DNA from: Gammaproteobacteria bacterium
GTDB taxonomy: Bacteria > Pseudomonadota > Gammaproteobacteria > Ga0077536
Length of the DNA: 64,000 nt
Assembly: GCA_050247235.1 (NCBI GenBank)
Contig: JBFWUN010000002.1
Coordinates: 42,641-106,640 of the forward strand
Reading direction: 5' to 3'
In this document: positions 40,255 to 51,220 of the stretch, piece by piece
Layout: each line of letters opens with the position of its first letter
Position numbering within the stretch: position 1 is the first letter of the stretch
The notes under the pieces: model-generated
Seen by the model: the letters and a program-made list of their open reading frames with translations, nothing else
What the model was told of the DNA's origin: nothing
Databases searched by the model: none
Made by a program: the position numbers and the translations under genes

Positions 40255-40691
40255 CTGGCAGGTGGCGGCTCGGTCAGCAGGCCGACGTTCTTCACGCCCG
40301 CCCCCTGCATCAGGGCCATCACCTCGACCACCCGCCCGTACGGCACACCGGCGTCTCCGCGGACGAGAAAGTCGGTCATCGGCTTGTATTTGGCGACACC
40401 CGCCACCCGTGCGAGCAATGCTTCCTCGTCGATCGGTTCAGCGGGATTCTCCCCGAGATCGATATACAGATTGCCGTCCGCATCGATGCTGATGATGACG
40501 GGTTCATTCTCCGAAGGCTGGATCACCTCCGAGGGAGCCTGCGGCAGATCGACCTTCACGCCCTGTGTGATCAGTGGCGCGGTGATCATGAAGATGATCA
40601 GCAGCACCAGCGTGACGTCGATGTAGGGTACGACGTTCATCTCCGCCATCAGCCGCTTGCCGCGCTTGCCGCGTTGGATCACGTTCGCCAC
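40251..40691 (-). CDS. tolR: Tol-Pal system protein TolR (ExbD family)
   Basis: MAEMNVVPYIDVTLVLLIIFMITAP; 146 aa. Confidence 0.9.
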   Translation of the reverse strand: MANVIQRGKRGKRLMAEMNVVPYIDVTLVLLIIFMITAPLITQGVKVDLPQAPSEVIQPSENEPVIISIDADGNLYIDLGENPAEPIDEEALLARVAGVAKYKPMTDFLVRGDAGVPYGRVVEVMALMQGAGVKNVGLLTEPPPAR

Positions 40692-40700
40692 GCCGCCCCC

Positions 40701-41375
40701 TCAGGAATGGACCTGGCGTTGGAGAATGGATGCAAACTCCTCGGCAAAGATCTCGTAGCGCGTCGTCAGGCGGTCGATTTCGCTCGCGAAGCGGTTGTAG
40801 AAGATGACTGCCGGGATCGCCGCGAACAGTCCCATCGCGGTAGCGACCAGCGCTTCGGAGATGCCAGGCGCGACCATCGCGAGCGTGGCCTGGTGCACGG
40901 AACTCAGGCCACGAAACGAATTCATGATGCCCCACACCGTGCCGAACAGCCCGATATAAGGGCTGACCGAGCCGACCGTCGCGAGCATCGGCAGGTTCGC
41001 TTCCAGTTCCTCGAGTTCGCGGCTCACCGCGATACGCATTGCGCGCTGCGCTCCCTCGAGCACCATTTCGGGCGCGATCCCGTCCCTCTTCCGGAGGCGG
41101 GCGAACTCGCGGAAACCCGCCTCGAAGATGCGCTGGAGCCCGTCGGAGGCATGACGCTGCTGGCTGATTCGATTGAACAGTGCGGTGAGATCCTCGGCCG
41201 ACCAGAACTGGTCCTCGAAGCTCTTCGCCACACGCCTGGCATCCTTCAGTTCGCGTCGTTTGCGAATCACCAGCGCCCATGAGGCCACCGAGGCCAGCAG
41301 CAGCGCAAGCATCACGAGCTTGACGAGCAGGCTCGCCCCCAGGATCAGACTGGCGATCGACAGATCAGCATGCAT
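40701..41375 (-). CDS. tolQ: Tol-Pal system protein TolQ (MotA/ExbB family)
   Basis: Three TM segments, SPYIGLFGTVWGIM motif. Confidence 0.9.
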   Translation of the reverse strand: MHADLSIASLILGASLLVKLVMLALLLASVASWALVIRKRRELKDARRVAKSFEDQFWSAEDLTALFNRISQQRHASDGLQRIFEAGFREFARLRKRDGIAPEMVLEGAQRAMRIAVSRELEELEANLPMLATVGSVSPYIGLFGTVWGIMNSFRGLSSVHQATLAMVAPGISEALVATAMGLFAAIPAVIFYNRFASEIDRLTTRYEIFAEEFASILQRQVHS

Positions 41376-41775
41376 GCTTGATTCTCGAAAAGATTTCGTC
41401 GGGCATCCGCATCGCGGACATCGCGCGATAGTTCACGCATCCCACCCGCACGTCACCGCGGCAGAGCAGGGTGCCATTCTCGTGCAGGATCTCCTGCACG
41501 AATTCCACGCTCGCTCGCCCGCAACGGGCCACGCGGCAGCTCGCGACGAGCGCATCGTTGAAGCGTGCCGGGCGCACGAACTCGAGGCTGGCTGACCGCA
41601 CCACGAAGGCGAGCTGATGGTGACGCGCGAGCGCATCCTGCTCAAATCCCAGCCGGCGCAACCACTCGGTGCGCGCGCGCTCCATGAACCTGAGATAGTT
41701 CGCGTGGTACACGATGCCCGCGGCGTCGGTGTCCTCGTAGTACACGCGGATCGGGAGACGGAATTCCTGTATCAC
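41365..41775 (-). CDS. ybgC: Tol-Pal associated acyl-CoA thioesterase
   Basis: IRVYYEDTDAAGIVYHANYLRFMERARTEWLR hotdog-fold 4HBT signature. Confidence 0.85.
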   Translation of the reverse strand: MIQEFRLPIRVYYEDTDAAGIVYHANYLRFMERARTEWLRRLGFEQDALARHHQLAFVVRSASLEFVRPARFNDALVASCRVARCGRASVEFVQEILHENGTLLCRGDVRVGCVNYRAMSAMRMPDEIFSRIKHAC

Positions 41776-41780
41776 GCGAG

Positions 41781-42821
41781 CTAATCGAGTCCGTCGAACA
41801 GGTCAGGTGCAGGTGCCAGCGCGCTCGCGGGCGGCGCCAGGCCGAAATGCTGCCAGGCGAGCCTGGTCGCCATCCGGCCACGCGCGGTGCGCACGAGATA
41901 ACCTTGCTGGATCAGGAAAGGCTCCAGGACATCCTCGATCGTGCCGCGTTCCTCGCTGAGTGCGGCGGCGAGACTGTCGACGCCGACCGGTCCGCCGTCA
42001 AACTTCTGCATGATCGTCAGCAGCAGCTTGCGGTCCATGAGATCGAACCCTTGCGCGTCCACGTTCAGCAGGTCGAGCGCGCGGGCGGCCACTTCACTGT
42101 TCAGCCGGCCATCGGCCTTCACCTGCGCGTAGTCACGGGCTCTCCGCAGCAGGCGGTTCGCGATGCGCGGTGTGCCGCGCGAGCGGCCGGCGATCTCGTG
42201 GGCGCCCTCGGCGTCGATGGAAACCTGCAGGATGCCCGCGGCCCGGCTGACGATGTGGGCGAGATCCTGCGTTGCGTAGAATTCGAGGCGCTGCACGATG
42301 CCGAAGCGATCGCGCAGCGGCGAGGTCAACAGGCCCGCCCGCGTGGTGGCGCCGATCAGTGTGAATGGTGGCAGGTCGAGCTTGAGAGCCCGCGCAGCAG
42401 GGCCTTCGCCGATCATGATATCCAGTTGGAAATCCTCCATCGCCGGGTAGAGGATCTCCTCCACCACCGGGCTCAGGCGATGGATCTCGTCGATGAACAG
42501 CACGTCCCGGGGCTCCAGGTTCGTCAGCAGGGCCGCGAGGTCTCCCGGTCGTTCGAGCACGGGGCCCGAGGTCTGCCGCAGGTTCACGCCAAGTTCGTTC
42601 GCGATGATGTGTGCGAGCGTGGTCTTGCCGAGTCCGGGGGGACCGAAGATCAGGACGTGGTCGAGCGCCTCGCCACGCTGACGGGCCGCGCCGACGAATA
42701 TCTCCATCTGCTCGTGTACCGCGGGCTGGCCGATGTAGTCCGCGAGGCGGCGCGGGCGGATCGCGAGATCGAGCGCGTTTTCGTCCACGCTGGCGGCAGG
42801 TGACGTGAGGCGATTGGACAT
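41781..42821 (-). CDS. ruvB: Holliday junction branch migration helicase RuvB
   Basis: [33 protein letters not shown]. Confidence 0.97.
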   Translation of the reverse strand: MSNRLTSPAASVDENALDLAIRPRRLADYIGQPAVHEQMEIFVGAARQRGEALDHVLIFGPPGLGKTTLAHIIANELGVNLRQTSGPVLERPGDLAALLTNLEPRDVLFIDEIHRLSPVVEEILYPAMEDFQLDIMIGEGPAARALKLDLPPFTLIGATTRAGLLTSPLRDRFGIVQRLEFYATQDLAHIVSRAAGILQVSIDAEGAHEIAGRSRGTPRIANRLLRRARDYAQVKADGRLNSEVAARALDLLNVDAQGFDLMDRKLLLTIMQKFDGGPVGVDSLAAALSEERGTIEDVLEPFLIQQGYLVRTARGRMATRLAWQHFGLAPPASALAPAPDLFDGLD

Positions 42822-42900
42822 CGGCTAGGCGTTCGCGGACCGGCGCGCAGTGTAGCGCACGGGAATGAACTTGGGATTAACCCGTCGCATGCCGCGCAAA

Positions 42901-43503
42901 TCAGCTCTTGGCGAGCCCGCGCAGCACTTCGCGGATGATGGTCTCGCTCGTCTTGTCCGGTCCCTCCACCGCGTGCACGAGCCGGCTGGCCTCCTGCGGC
43001 TTGTAACCGAGCGCGATCAGTCCGCTGACGGCATCCGCCACCGCGTCGGGGACAGAAACGCTCGGCGCCGCGGGCAGCGCGATCGCGGTCCCATCGGCCC
43101 AGTCCGCCACGCGGTCCCGCATCTCGACCAGCAGTCGCTCGGCGGTCTTCTTGCCGATGCCCGGCAGGCTCGTCAGCCGCGCCGTGTCGGCGCGCTGGAT
43201 ACACACGACGAACTCGTCAGGCTGGATACCGGACAGGATCGTGAGCGCCATCCGCGCACCGACACCATTGACCTTCAACAGGCTCTGGAAGAGACGTCGC
43301 TCGGCCTGGGTTGCGAAACCGAACAGGAGATGCGCGTCCTCGCGCACGATGAGCTGGGTATGCAGCGTGACCTCGGCGCCGGGTTCCGGCAGCGCCCAGA
43401 ACGTCGTCATCGACGCTTCGACTTCGTAGCCCACGCCGTGACAGTCGACGAGCAATCGCGGGGGAGCCTTTTCCACCAGCACGCCACGGAGACGCCCGAT
43501 CAC
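42901..43503 (-). CDS. ruvA: Holliday junction DNA-binding protein RuvA
   Basis: Track ORF 42901..44175 trimmed to GTG 43503, giving (M)IGRLRGVLVEK...VDCHGVGYEV; HhH LPGIGKKTAERL. Start overlaps the ruvC stop by 4 nt. Confidence 0.9.
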   Translation of the reverse strand: MIGRLRGVLVEKAPPRLLVDCHGVGYEVEASMTTFWALPEPGAEVTLHTQLIVREDAHLLFGFATQAERRLFQSLLKVNGVGARMALTILSGIQPDEFVVCIQRADTARLTSLPGIGKKTAERLLVEMRDRVADWADGTAIALPAAPSVSVPDAVADAVSGLIALGYKPQEASRLVHAVEGPDKTSETIIREVLRGLAKS

Positions 43504-44018
43504 AGGAACCGCCCCCCGCGCGCGCGGTACGCGCCGTGTACCGCCATCAGGCCCTGGCGGGTGTGGCCGTGACAGAGCGCGATGGCGAGCGCATCGGCTG
43601 CGTCGGTCCGCGGCGATTCGGGAAGCGCAAGCAGCGTCCTGACCATGTGTTGCACCTGTCCCTTGTCCGCGTGACCGCGCCCGACGATTGCCTGCTTGAT
43701 CTCGTTCGGGGCGTACTCGAACACGGCAAGCCCCGCCTTGGCCACCGCAACCAGCGCCGCGCCACGCGCCTGACCGAGCTTCAGAGCTGACTCGACATTG
43801 CGGTTCACGAATACCTTCTCGACTGCCGCCTCTGCGGGTTGGTGCGCCTGCAGAACATCCCCCAGCACATCGAAGATCCGGCACAAGCGATCGGCGAACG
43901 GCAGTTCTCCGACTTCGATGCACCCGTGGGCGATGTGCGTGGCGCGCTGACGATCCATGCGGATCACGCCGTAGCCGGTGATCCGGGAACCGGGATCGAT
44001 GCCCAGGATGAGTGTCAT
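43500..44018 (-). CDS. ruvC: Crossover junction endodeoxyribonuclease RuvC
   Basis: ILGIDPGSRITGYGVI, EKVFVN.N..SALKLGQARG, DAADALAIALCH. Confidence 0.95.
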   Translation of the reverse strand: MTLILGIDPGSRITGYGVIRMDRQRATHIAHGCIEVGELPFADRLCRIFDVLGDVLQAHQPAEAAVEKVFVNRNVESALKLGQARGAALVAVAKAGLAVFEYAPNEIKQAIVGRGHADKGQVQHMVRTLLALPESPRTDAADALAIALCHGHTRQGLMAVHGAYRARGGRFL

Positions 44019-44050
44019 CGGGGGCGCTGAGCCGGAATTCGCGCCACCCG

Positions 44051-45133
44051 TCAGGCGTCGTTGTTGCCGAGGACGACCTTGTGCCGGGACGCCGCGAAAT
44101 CGAGCAGGCGTCGGATCGGGACCACCGCGCGCGCGACGATGTCGGCCGGCACTTGGATCTCGTTGCGTCCGTCACGCAAGGTCGCGGCGAGCTTGCGCAA
44201 CCCGTTCATCGCCATCCACGGGCAATGCGCGCAGCTGCGGCACGTGGCGGAATTGCCGGCGGTCGGCGCCTCGATCAGGATCTTGTCCGGCGCGGCCTGC
44301 CGCATCTTGTAGAAGATGCCCTTGTCGGTCGCGACGATGAACTCGCGTGCCGACAGCGTCCTGACTGCATTGATGAGACCGGTCGTGGAACTCACGACGT
44401 CGGCCTGCGCAATCACCGAGGGCGGAGATTCGGGATGCACGAGCACCTTGGCCGCCGGGTGGGCCGCGCGGAGGTCGGCGAGTTCGCGCCCCTTGAACTC
44501 CTCGTGCACGATGCAGGCGCCGTTCCACAGCAGCATGTCCGCCCCGGTCTGCTCGCGGATGTAATTGCCGAGGTACTTGTCGGGCGCCCACAGGATCCGT
44601 TGTCCCTGTGCCATCAGGTGGCGCACCACATCGAGTGCGCTGCCGGAGGTCACCATCCAGTCCGCGCGCGCTTTCACGGCGGCGCTCGTGTTCGCGTACA
44701 CCACCACGGTGCGATCCGGGTGAGCAGCACAGAACGCGTCGAAGGCATCGATGGGGCAGCCGAGGTCGAGCGAGCACTCAGCCTGCAGATCCGGCATCAG
44801 GACCCGCTTTTCCGGGTTCAGGATCTTGGCGGTCTCCCCCATGAAGCGCACCCCTGCGACGACCAGGGTCGCCGCCGGATGCTCATGGCCGAAGCGCGCC
44901 ATGTCGAGCGAATCCGATACGTACCCGCCGGTCTCCTCGGCAAGCGACTGCAAATCGGGGTCAGTGTAGTAATGCGCCACCAGCACCGCGTTCTCGCGCG
45001 CCAGCAGTGTCCGGATCTCGGCGCGCAGTGTCTCGCGCTCGGCGGGGTCAAGCCGTTCAATCACCGTCGGCGGCACGTGAAAGGCCGGCACCGGAAGCGC
45101 CGCGGTCGCGATCGAATCGGCCTGTGCGTTCAT
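44051..45133 (-). CDS. nadA: Quinolinate synthase
   Basis: [35 protein letters not shown] cluster Cys. Confidence 0.95.
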   Translation of the reverse strand: MNAQADSIATAALPVPAFHVPPTVIERLDPAERETLRAEIRTLLARENAVLVAHYYTDPDLQSLAEETGGYVSDSLDMARFGHEHPAATLVVAGVRFMGETAKILNPEKRVLMPDLQAECSLDLGCPIDAFDAFCAAHPDRTVVVYANTSAAVKARADWMVTSGSALDVVRHLMAQGQRILWAPDKYLGNYIREQTGADMLLWNGACIVHEEFKGRELADLRAAHPAAKVLVHPESPPSVIAQADVVSSTTGLINAVRTLSAREFIVATDKGIFYKMRQAAPDKILIEAPTAGNSATCRSCAHCPWMAMNGLRKLAATLRDGRNEIQVPADIVARAVVPIRRLLDFAASRHKVVLGNNDA

Positions 45134-45220
45134 CGTCCTACCCCTCCGCGTGCCGGGAACCAGGTCCCCGAGTGCGTTTCGACCACCTTGGCGGCCGCGA
45201 ATTCGCCGCGTGGCGCGTGG

Positions 45221-46996
45221 TCAGGTCGCCGACTCGCCGCGCCGGAGCCGGATACCAAGCTCCCGCAGCTGCGCCTCGCCCACCGCGGCGGGCGCCGCGG
45301 TCAACGGACAGGAGGCGGTCTGGGTCTTCGGGAACGGGATCACATCACGAATCGAACGCTCACCCCGCATCAGCATCACCAGCCGGTCGAGCCCGAACGC
45401 GATGCCGCCGTGCGGCGGGCAGCCGTACTGGAGAGCCTCGAGCAGAAAGCCGAATTTTTCGCGCGCCTCGTCCGGCCCGATGCCAAGCAGCGAGAATACG
45501 CTCTGCTGCATCTCCGGACGATGGATTCGTATCGACCCGCCACCAATCTCGGAACCGTTCATGACCATGTCGTAAGCACGCGAGAGCGCGCCGCCCGGGT
45601 CGCGCGCGACCGCCTCGGCGTCCGCATGCGGTGCGGTGAACGGGTGATGCAGCGCCGCCCACCGCTTGGTGTCCGCGTCCCATTCGAACATCGGGAAATC
45701 CACCACCCACAGCGGCTGCCAGGTGTCCGCGACGAGATTGAGGTCGGCGGCCACGCGGTCGCGCAGCGCCCCGAGCGCGGCGTTCACGATCCGTGTGTCG
45801 TCCGCACCGAAGAAGATCACGTCGCCGGTCTGTGCGCCGGTGCGGGACAGCAGTGCTTCGACCACCGGGTCCGGCAGGAACTTGAGAATCGGTGACTGCA
45901 GGCCGTCGCGCCCCGCTGCGAGATCGTTGACCTTGATGTAGGCGAGCCCCTTCGCGCCATAAATTGCGACGAAGTCCGTGTAATCGTCGATCTGCTTGCG
46001 CGAGAGTGCGCCTCCGCCGGGCGCGCGCAGCGCCGCGACCCGTTTGCCCGGCTCCCGGGCAGCCGCCGCAAACACCTTGAACTCCACATCGTGCATCACG
46101 TCACGCAGCTCGACGAGCTGCAGCGGGTTGCGCAGATCCGGCCGGTCGCTGCCGTAACGATGCATGGTCTCCGCGTACGTCATGCGCGGGAACGGATGCG
46201 GCAGCGACACACCAAGGACCTCCTGGTAGAGCTCCCGGATCATCGCTTCCATCAGATCCATCACGCCCTGCTCGTCGACGAATGACATCTCGATGTCGAG
46301 CTGGGTGAACTCCGGCTGACGATCCGCGCGCAGGTCCTCATCGCGAAAACAGCGCACGATCTGATAGTAGCGATCGAAGCCCGACATCATCAGGAGCTGC
46401 TTGAACAGCTGAGGCGATTGCGGGAGCGCGAAGAAGCGCCCTGGATGGGTGCGGCTGGGCACCAGGTAGTCGCGGGCACCTTCCGGGGTGGCCTTGGTCA
46501 GCATCGGGGTTTCAATGTCGATGAAGCCCTGTGCATCCAGGAAGCGTCGGAAAAACCGCGCCACGCGTGCGCGCAGCAGGAGGTTGTCGCGCATCCGCTC
46601 GGTGCGCAGGTCGATGTAACGGAACCGCAGCCGTGTTTCTTCCTGCACGCTCGCGTCGTCGAGCTGAAAGGGTGGCGTCTGCGCGGTGTTCAGGATCTCG
46701 AGTTCGTGCACCAGCACCTCGACGGCCCCGGTCGCGAGGTTCGCGTTGACGGTCCCCGCGGGGCGGGGCCGCACGCGACCGCTGGCCTTGAGGACGTACT
46801 CGCTGCGCGCACGCTCGGCGAGCGTGAACGCCGCCGGCGTGTCCGGATCGATCACGATCTGCAGAACCCCCTCGCGGTCGCGCAGGTCGATGAAGATCAC
46901 GCCGCCATGGTCACGCCGGTGATGCACCCATCCGCAAACCGTGATTTCGCGGCCGACGAGCTCCTCGTTCACGTGTCCGCAGTAGTGGGTTCGCAT
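45221..46996 (-). CDS. aspS: Aspartate-tRNA ligase
   Basis: [23 protein letters not shown], class II motifs ([36 protein letters not shown]). Confidence 0.97.
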   Translation of the reverse strand: MRTHYCGHVNEELVGREITVCGWVHHRRDHGGVIFIDLRDREGVLQIVIDPDTPAAFTLAERARSEYVLKASGRVRPRPAGTVNANLATGAVEVLVHELEILNTAQTPPFQLDDASVQEETRLRFRYIDLRTERMRDNLLLRARVARFFRRFLDAQGFIDIETPMLTKATPEGARDYLVPSRTHPGRFFALPQSPQLFKQLLMMSGFDRYYQIVRCFRDEDLRADRQPEFTQLDIEMSFVDEQGVMDLMEAMIRELYQEVLGVSLPHPFPRMTYAETMHRYGSDRPDLRNPLQLVELRDVMHDVEFKVFAAAAREPGKRVAALRAPGGGALSRKQIDDYTDFVAIYGAKGLAYIKVNDLAAGRDGLQSPILKFLPDPVVEALLSRTGAQTGDVIFFGADDTRIVNAALGALRDRVAADLNLVADTWQPLWVVDFPMFEWDADTKRWAALHHPFTAPHADAEAVARDPGGALSRAYDMVMNGSEIGGGSIRIHRPEMQQSVFSLLGIGPDEAREKFGFLLEALQYGCPPHGGIAFGLDRLVMLMRGERSIRDVIPFPKTQTASCPLTAAPAAVGEAQLRELGIRLRRGESAT

Positions 46997-47165
46997 GCGC
47001 TTCGGTCTCTCGGATGATGAACGGGATCAGGTGCTTACCGGCAAGGGCGGGAATGATACGGACTGCACGCGGGTGCCGCAACGCATCATCGGGCGCACAC
47101 GCGCCCGTGGTCAGATGACGGGACACCCGGTCACACGACGCGTTGGAAAACAATGCGAGGAAGGT

Positions 47166-47498
47166 TCAGTCCGAAGTGCCGGTGGCTTTCGCTGGTTCCG
47201 GCTTCGTCTCGGTTTTGGCATCGGGCTTCGCGTCCGGCTTTGCATCGGTCGCGGATTCGGTCTTCTCTGGCGCGGTCTTCGACCCGCTGTCTTCGCTGCC
47301 TGCCGGCTTCTTGCCTTTATCCCGGAAATCAGTGACATACCAGCCCGTGCCCTTGAGGGCGAAGCCGGCCGCCTGGATTTGCTTCACGAGCTTCGGCGCC
47401 TGGCAGGCCGGACAGTCGGTCAACGGATCCTCGGTCATGCGCTGCACTGCCTCGAACTGGTGACTGCAGGCATCACATCGATAGACGTACGTCGGCAT
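47166..47498 (-). CDS. FmdB-family zinc-ribbon protein with low-complexity acidic/Lys-Pro tail
   Basis: Trimmed to MPTYVYRCDACSHQFE....CPAC (CxxC...CxxC ribbon). Tail contains DAKPDAKPDAKTETKPEPAK. Confidence 0.7.
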   Translation of the reverse strand: MPTYVYRCDACSHQFEAVQRMTEDPLTDCPACQAPKLVKQIQAAGFALKGTGWYVTDFRDKGKKPAGSEDSGSKTAPEKTESATDAKPDAKPDAKTETKPEPAKATGTSD

Positions 47499-47591
47499 AA
47501 GGTCCCCCACAACGAAAACTGCCTTCGCACTATGGGGACGGGCGGCCGATTTTCAAGCCCGTCCGGAACGACGCGTACACCGCGCCTTTGC

Positions 47592-47620
47592 TTGTGCCCC
47601 TCTCCGGGGCTGGCTATCAT
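47592..47620 (+). promoter_or_regulatory. Candidate sigma70 promoter for tRNA-Lys
   Basis: TTGTGC (47592-47597), 17 nt, TATCAT (47615-47620), 24 nt upstream of the tRNA 5' end. Motif match only. Confidence 0.3.
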
Positions 47621-47644
47621 CCGCGCCTCTTTTGCCCACCCTCC

Positions 47645-47720
47645 GCGCCGTTAGCTCAGCTGGTAGAGCAGCGGACTTTTAATCCGTTGGTCGTAGGTTC
47701 GATCCCTACACGGCGCACCA
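47645..47720 (+). tRNA. tRNA-Lys (anticodon UUU)
   Basis: 76-nt cloverleaf folded by eye: acceptor GCGCCGT/ACGGCGC, D arm GCTC/GAGC, anticodon stem GCGGA/TCCGT with loop CTTTTAA, T arm GTAGG-TTCGATC-CCTAC, encoded CCA. Confidence 0.9.
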
Positions 47721-47882
47721 CCCGACGCGCTGGTCGGACCGGTCCTGGGCATCCCGCCTGCCCGCCACGCCATCGGTCACCCTGGCACGCAGCCGGTTTG
47801 CGCCCGGTACCGGGCAATTGTCCGACCCGCGGCGCGCCGGGCGGACGGTATACTCCGTGCACCTTCGGAGGAGCCCCGATTC

Positions 47883-49583
47883 ATGAATGCACAGATCAAA
47901 CCGGCGGCCGACACCGCCCCCGACTACGAAGTCATCATCCTCGGTGCCGGCGTCGCCGGCATCTACCAGCTCTATCGCCTGCGTGAACGCGGCATTCGTA
48001 CCACCGTCGTCGAGGCTGCCGCGGACCTCGGAGGCACCTGGTACCACAACCGCTACCCGGGCTGCCGCTTCGACTCCGAGAGTTACACCTACGGCTTCTC
48101 ATTCTCCCGCGAACTGCTGAATGAATGGCACTGGAAGGAACGCTTCTCGGGACAGCCGGAAAACCTGCGGTACCTGAACTACGTGGCCGACAAGTTCGAT
48201 CTGCGGCGAGACATGCAGTTCAACCACAAGGTCGAATCCGCGCAGTTCGACGACGAGAACCACGTCTGGCGGCTCCACTTCGCGAACGGCAAGGACATGA
48301 CGTGCCGCTTCCTGATCACCGGCCTCGGTCTGCTGTCAGCGCCGACAATGCCGCGAGTACCTGGTGTCGAACGCTTCAAGGGTCAGTCCTTTCACACGTA
48401 CTACTGGCCGCACGAACCCGTGGCACTGGCGGGCAAGCGCGTCGCCGTGATCGGAACCGGCGCCACGGGGGTACAGGTAATCGCTGAGATCGCCGACAAG
48501 GTCGGCCACCTCACCGTGTTCCAGCGTCGCCCCAACTGGTGCGCGCCGCTGAACAACGGCCCGATCTCCGAGCAGGAGATGAACGCGATCCGCGCACGCT
48601 ACGACGAGATCTTCGAGACCTGCCTGCGCACGCCGGGAGGATTCGAACACGAGCCCGATCGGCGCGGGTTCTACGAGGTGTCGCGCGAGGAGCGCCTCAA
48701 GCTGTGGGATCGGCTCTACGACGAACCGGGTTTCGGTATCTGGCTCAGCAACTTCCGCGAGATCTTCATGGACGAGGCGGCGAACGCCGAGTTCTCCGAA
48801 TACATTGCCGGGCGTATCCGGCGCCGGGTCAAGGATCCGACGGTCGCCGAGAAGCTGATCCCCAAGGACCACGGCTTCGGCATCCAGCGTGTACCGCTGG
48901 AGACACGTTATTACGAGGCATACAACCGCGACAACGTGCAGCTCGTGGACATCAAGGAGACGCCGATCGAGTGCATCACGGAAAATGGCATCCGCACGAG
49001 CGACCGGGAATACGAATTCGACATCATCGTGTACGCGACCGGCTTCGACGCCATCACCGGGTCGTTCGATCGCATCGATATCCGCGGCAGCGGAGGCCAG
49101 GCGCTGCGCGACAAGTGGGCCGACGGTCCGGTCACGTTCCTCGGCATGCTGGTCGGCGGGTTTCCAAACTTCATCACTGTCGCCGGCCCGCAGAGCGGTT
49201 CGTCGTCGACCAATTTCCCGCGCAGCATCGAGATCGGGGTCGACTGGGTCATGCGTCTGCTCGAACACGCCTGGAAGCACGGGTACACGCGGCTGGAGGC
49301 GACCCCCGAAGCCGAGGAGCGCTGGACCAGACACGTCGCGCGGATGTACGAGGGGATGCTGATGCGCAAGGCCAAGGGCTGGTTCACCGGTTACAACTCG
49401 AACGTGGACGGCCACGAGCACGGCAAGGTGCGGCACCTCGTCTACAACGGCGGCGCACCGAAGTACCGCGCCACCATCAACCAGGTCGCGGACGAAGGGT
49501 TCAAGGGGTTGAACTTCGAGACCGGGAAAGCGCCGCGCAACGCTGCCGAGGCACTGGGGGAAGTGGCCGCACGGAAAGCGTGA
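47883..49583 (+). CDS. Baeyer-Villiger monooxygenase (type I, FAD/NADPH dependent)
   Basis: GAGVAGI FAD motif, GGTWYHNRYPGCRFD, BVMO fingerprint FKGQSFHTYYWP, second Rossmann GTGATG. GGAGGAG RBS before ATG 47883. Confidence 0.9.
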   Translation: MNAQIKPAADTAPDYEVIILGAGVAGIYQLYRLRERGIRTTVVEAAADLGGTWYHNRYPGCRFDSESYTYGFSFSRELLNEWHWKERFSGQPENLRYLNYVADKFDLRRDMQFNHKVESAQFDDENHVWRLHFANGKDMTCRFLITGLGLLSAPTMPRVPGVERFKGQSFHTYYWPHEPVALAGKRVAVIGTGATGVQVIAEIADKVGHLTVFQRRPNWCAPLNNGPISEQEMNAIRARYDEIFETCLRTPGGFEHEPDRRGFYEVSREERLKLWDRLYDEPGFGIWLSNFREIFMDEAANAEFSEYIAGRIRRRVKDPTVAEKLIPKDHGFGIQRVPLETRYYEAYNRDNVQLVDIKETPIECITENGIRTSDREYEFDIIVYATGFDAITGSFDRIDIRGSGGQALRDKWADGPVTFLGMLVGGFPNFITVAGPQSGSSSTNFPRSIEIGVDWVMRLLEHAWKHGYTRLEATPEAEERWTRHVARMYEGMLMRKAKGWFTGYNSNVDGHEHGKVRHLVYNGGAPKYRATINQVADEGFKGLNFETGKAPRNAAEALGEVAARKA

Positions 49584-49652
49584 TCCCCGCGTTGCGCGCG
49601 GCACCGACGGGCGACGTCCGTGGATACCGGCGGCGCGTCGGGGTACCGCCGC

Positions 49653-50855
49653 TCAACAATCCGGGCGGGTGACCGCCGCGACGGCGAGGTCGGACAGGAT
49701 CGAATACCGTTCGAAGTTGTCCGCCTCGTCCATCAGCCCGGTCGTCAGCAGGACCAGGGTCATGTCGAGTTCGGGGTCCACCCAGAACAGCGTGGTGCCG
49801 CGCCCGATCCCTCCGAAGGTGCGCGGCGAATTGAAATCACCGAACGGCCCAGGTGTCGGAGAATCCCCACGGCCCCAGAATCCGAGCGCCAGGTACGCCG
49901 GGCATGTACTCCAGTGCCGATGTCCGAACAGCAGCGGAAAGAGCTGGTTGGGCAGCTGCCCGGTGTGATTGCGGGCGATCAGCCGGACCGTCTGCGGGGA
50001 CAGCACCTGTGCACCGTCCAGTTCGCCACCCCGCCGCAGCATGTCGGTGAAACGATGCAGATCGTGCGCGGTCGAGAATGCCCCGCCGCCAGGCGCCACC
50101 GAACCGGGATGCGTCGCGTAGCCCGAGATCCGCTCGATGTGACTCAAGGCGAGTTCGAACGCCGCGCGCCGTTCCGGTGCCTCCAGGTAGGCCGCTGGGG
50201 CCAGCGGGCAGCGACGCGCCATCAGGTCGGCGCGCGGCCCGTACGCGGTATCCCGCATCCGCAACGGCCCGAACAGCCGCTCCTGCATCAGGTCCGTGAA
50301 GGCGCATCCGGTCGCGCGCTCGATGAACAATCCCAGCACGGAGTGCGCGACGAGCACGGAGTATGCGACCACCGAGCCCGGCGCACCGAGCGGCGGCTTG
50401 TCGAATGTCACGGCGGCGTAACGCGCGAGATCCGCGATCACGTCAAATGGCACGCCGGGTGTATCGATCGGCAGGCCGCTCGTCTGGGTCAGGATGTGAT
50501 AGACGTTGATCTCCCGCTTGCCCGCCTGCGCGAACTCCGGGATCACATCGGCAATCGGCGTGGTCAGCCGGAATGCGCCCTCCTCCACGAGCGCGAGCGT
50601 GAGCACGGCGGTCAGCGCCTTGCTGACGGACATCAGGTGGAACACGGCATCGTGGCGCAGCGGGGTGCGGTTCGCGCGGTCCGCGAAACCCGCGCAGAGA
50701 TCGAGCGCGATTTCGCCGTGCCGCGCCACGATCAATGCTGCGCCGTTGCAGCGCCCGGTATCGATGTCCGCGTGTACCCGCGCGACGAGTCGCTGCAGAC
50801 GGTGATGGTCGATTCCGAGCGTATCGAGTCCTGGATGCAGTTGCGCGCTGGTCAT
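49653..50855 (-). CDS. Serine hydrolase, beta-lactamase/esterase (class C-like) family
   Basis: S-x-x-K nucleophile motif in FHLMSVSKALTAV; 400 aa; no signal peptide seen. Confidence 0.8.
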   Translation of the reverse strand: MTSAQLHPGLDTLGIDHHRLQRLVARVHADIDTGRCNGAALIVARHGEIALDLCAGFADRANRTPLRHDAVFHLMSVSKALTAVLTLALVEEGAFRLTTPIADVIPEFAQAGKREINVYHILTQTSGLPIDTPGVPFDVIADLARYAAVTFDKPPLGAPGSVVAYSVLVAHSVLGLFIERATGCAFTDLMQERLFGPLRMRDTAYGPRADLMARRCPLAPAAYLEAPERRAAFELALSHIERISGYATHPGSVAPGGGAFSTAHDLHRFTDMLRRGGELDGAQVLSPQTVRLIARNHTGQLPNQLFPLLFGHRHWSTCPAYLALGFWGRGDSPTPGPFGDFNSPRTFGGIGRGTTLFWVDPELDMTLVLLTTGLMDEADNFERYSILSDLAVAAVTRPDC

Positions 50856-51127
50856 CGGGTCACCTCGTCAGTTCGAACGGAAGGTAGTCCGGCCGCGGCA
50901 GCGAGCGGGTCGTAACCGGGACGCCGGAACAGATCGTGCCACCGGCAGCGCCTGCCCCCCATGTTGCCGCCGTCGTAGAGCGGAAAACACACCGCGTCCT
51001 GCAGCAGTCCCGCCAGCGGACGCATCGTCGTGCAACTGTTCACGCCGGCCAGGTGCCGGCACGCGAACGCGCGCGCGTTGCGCTGCAGTTCGACCTGGGT
51101 GTCGCTCGCCGAGAAATCAATCGCCAT
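50852..51127 (-). pseudogene. Possible acyl-CoA dehydrogenase remnant (N-terminal and C-terminal fragments joined, core missing)
   Basis: 91-aa ORF. The start MAIDFSASDTQVELQRNARAFA resembles ACAD N-termini. The end FPLYDGGNMGGRR..L resembles the ACAD C-terminal [IL]Y[ED]G.....R motif. The roughly 300 aa in between are absent. Stop overlaps the esterase start (ATGA). Confidence 0.35.
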
Positions 51128-51220
51128 CGATCCTCCCGGGCGAACGGCGCGGCGCGTCCCGCCGCGATGAACGGAAGATTGACCGCGCGGATTACCCCGC
51201 GCGGCACCGCCAGCGCGGTC

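Noticed and set aside
47783-47801. Sigma-54 promoter-like TGGCAC...TTTGC upstream of the BVMO gene, and TGGCAG...TGCTGCA at about 56044-56065 upstream of the cytochrome cluster.
   Set aside because: The GG-to-GC spacing is 14 nt and 12 nt respectively, instead of the required 10 nt. Neither is a canonical -24/-12 element.
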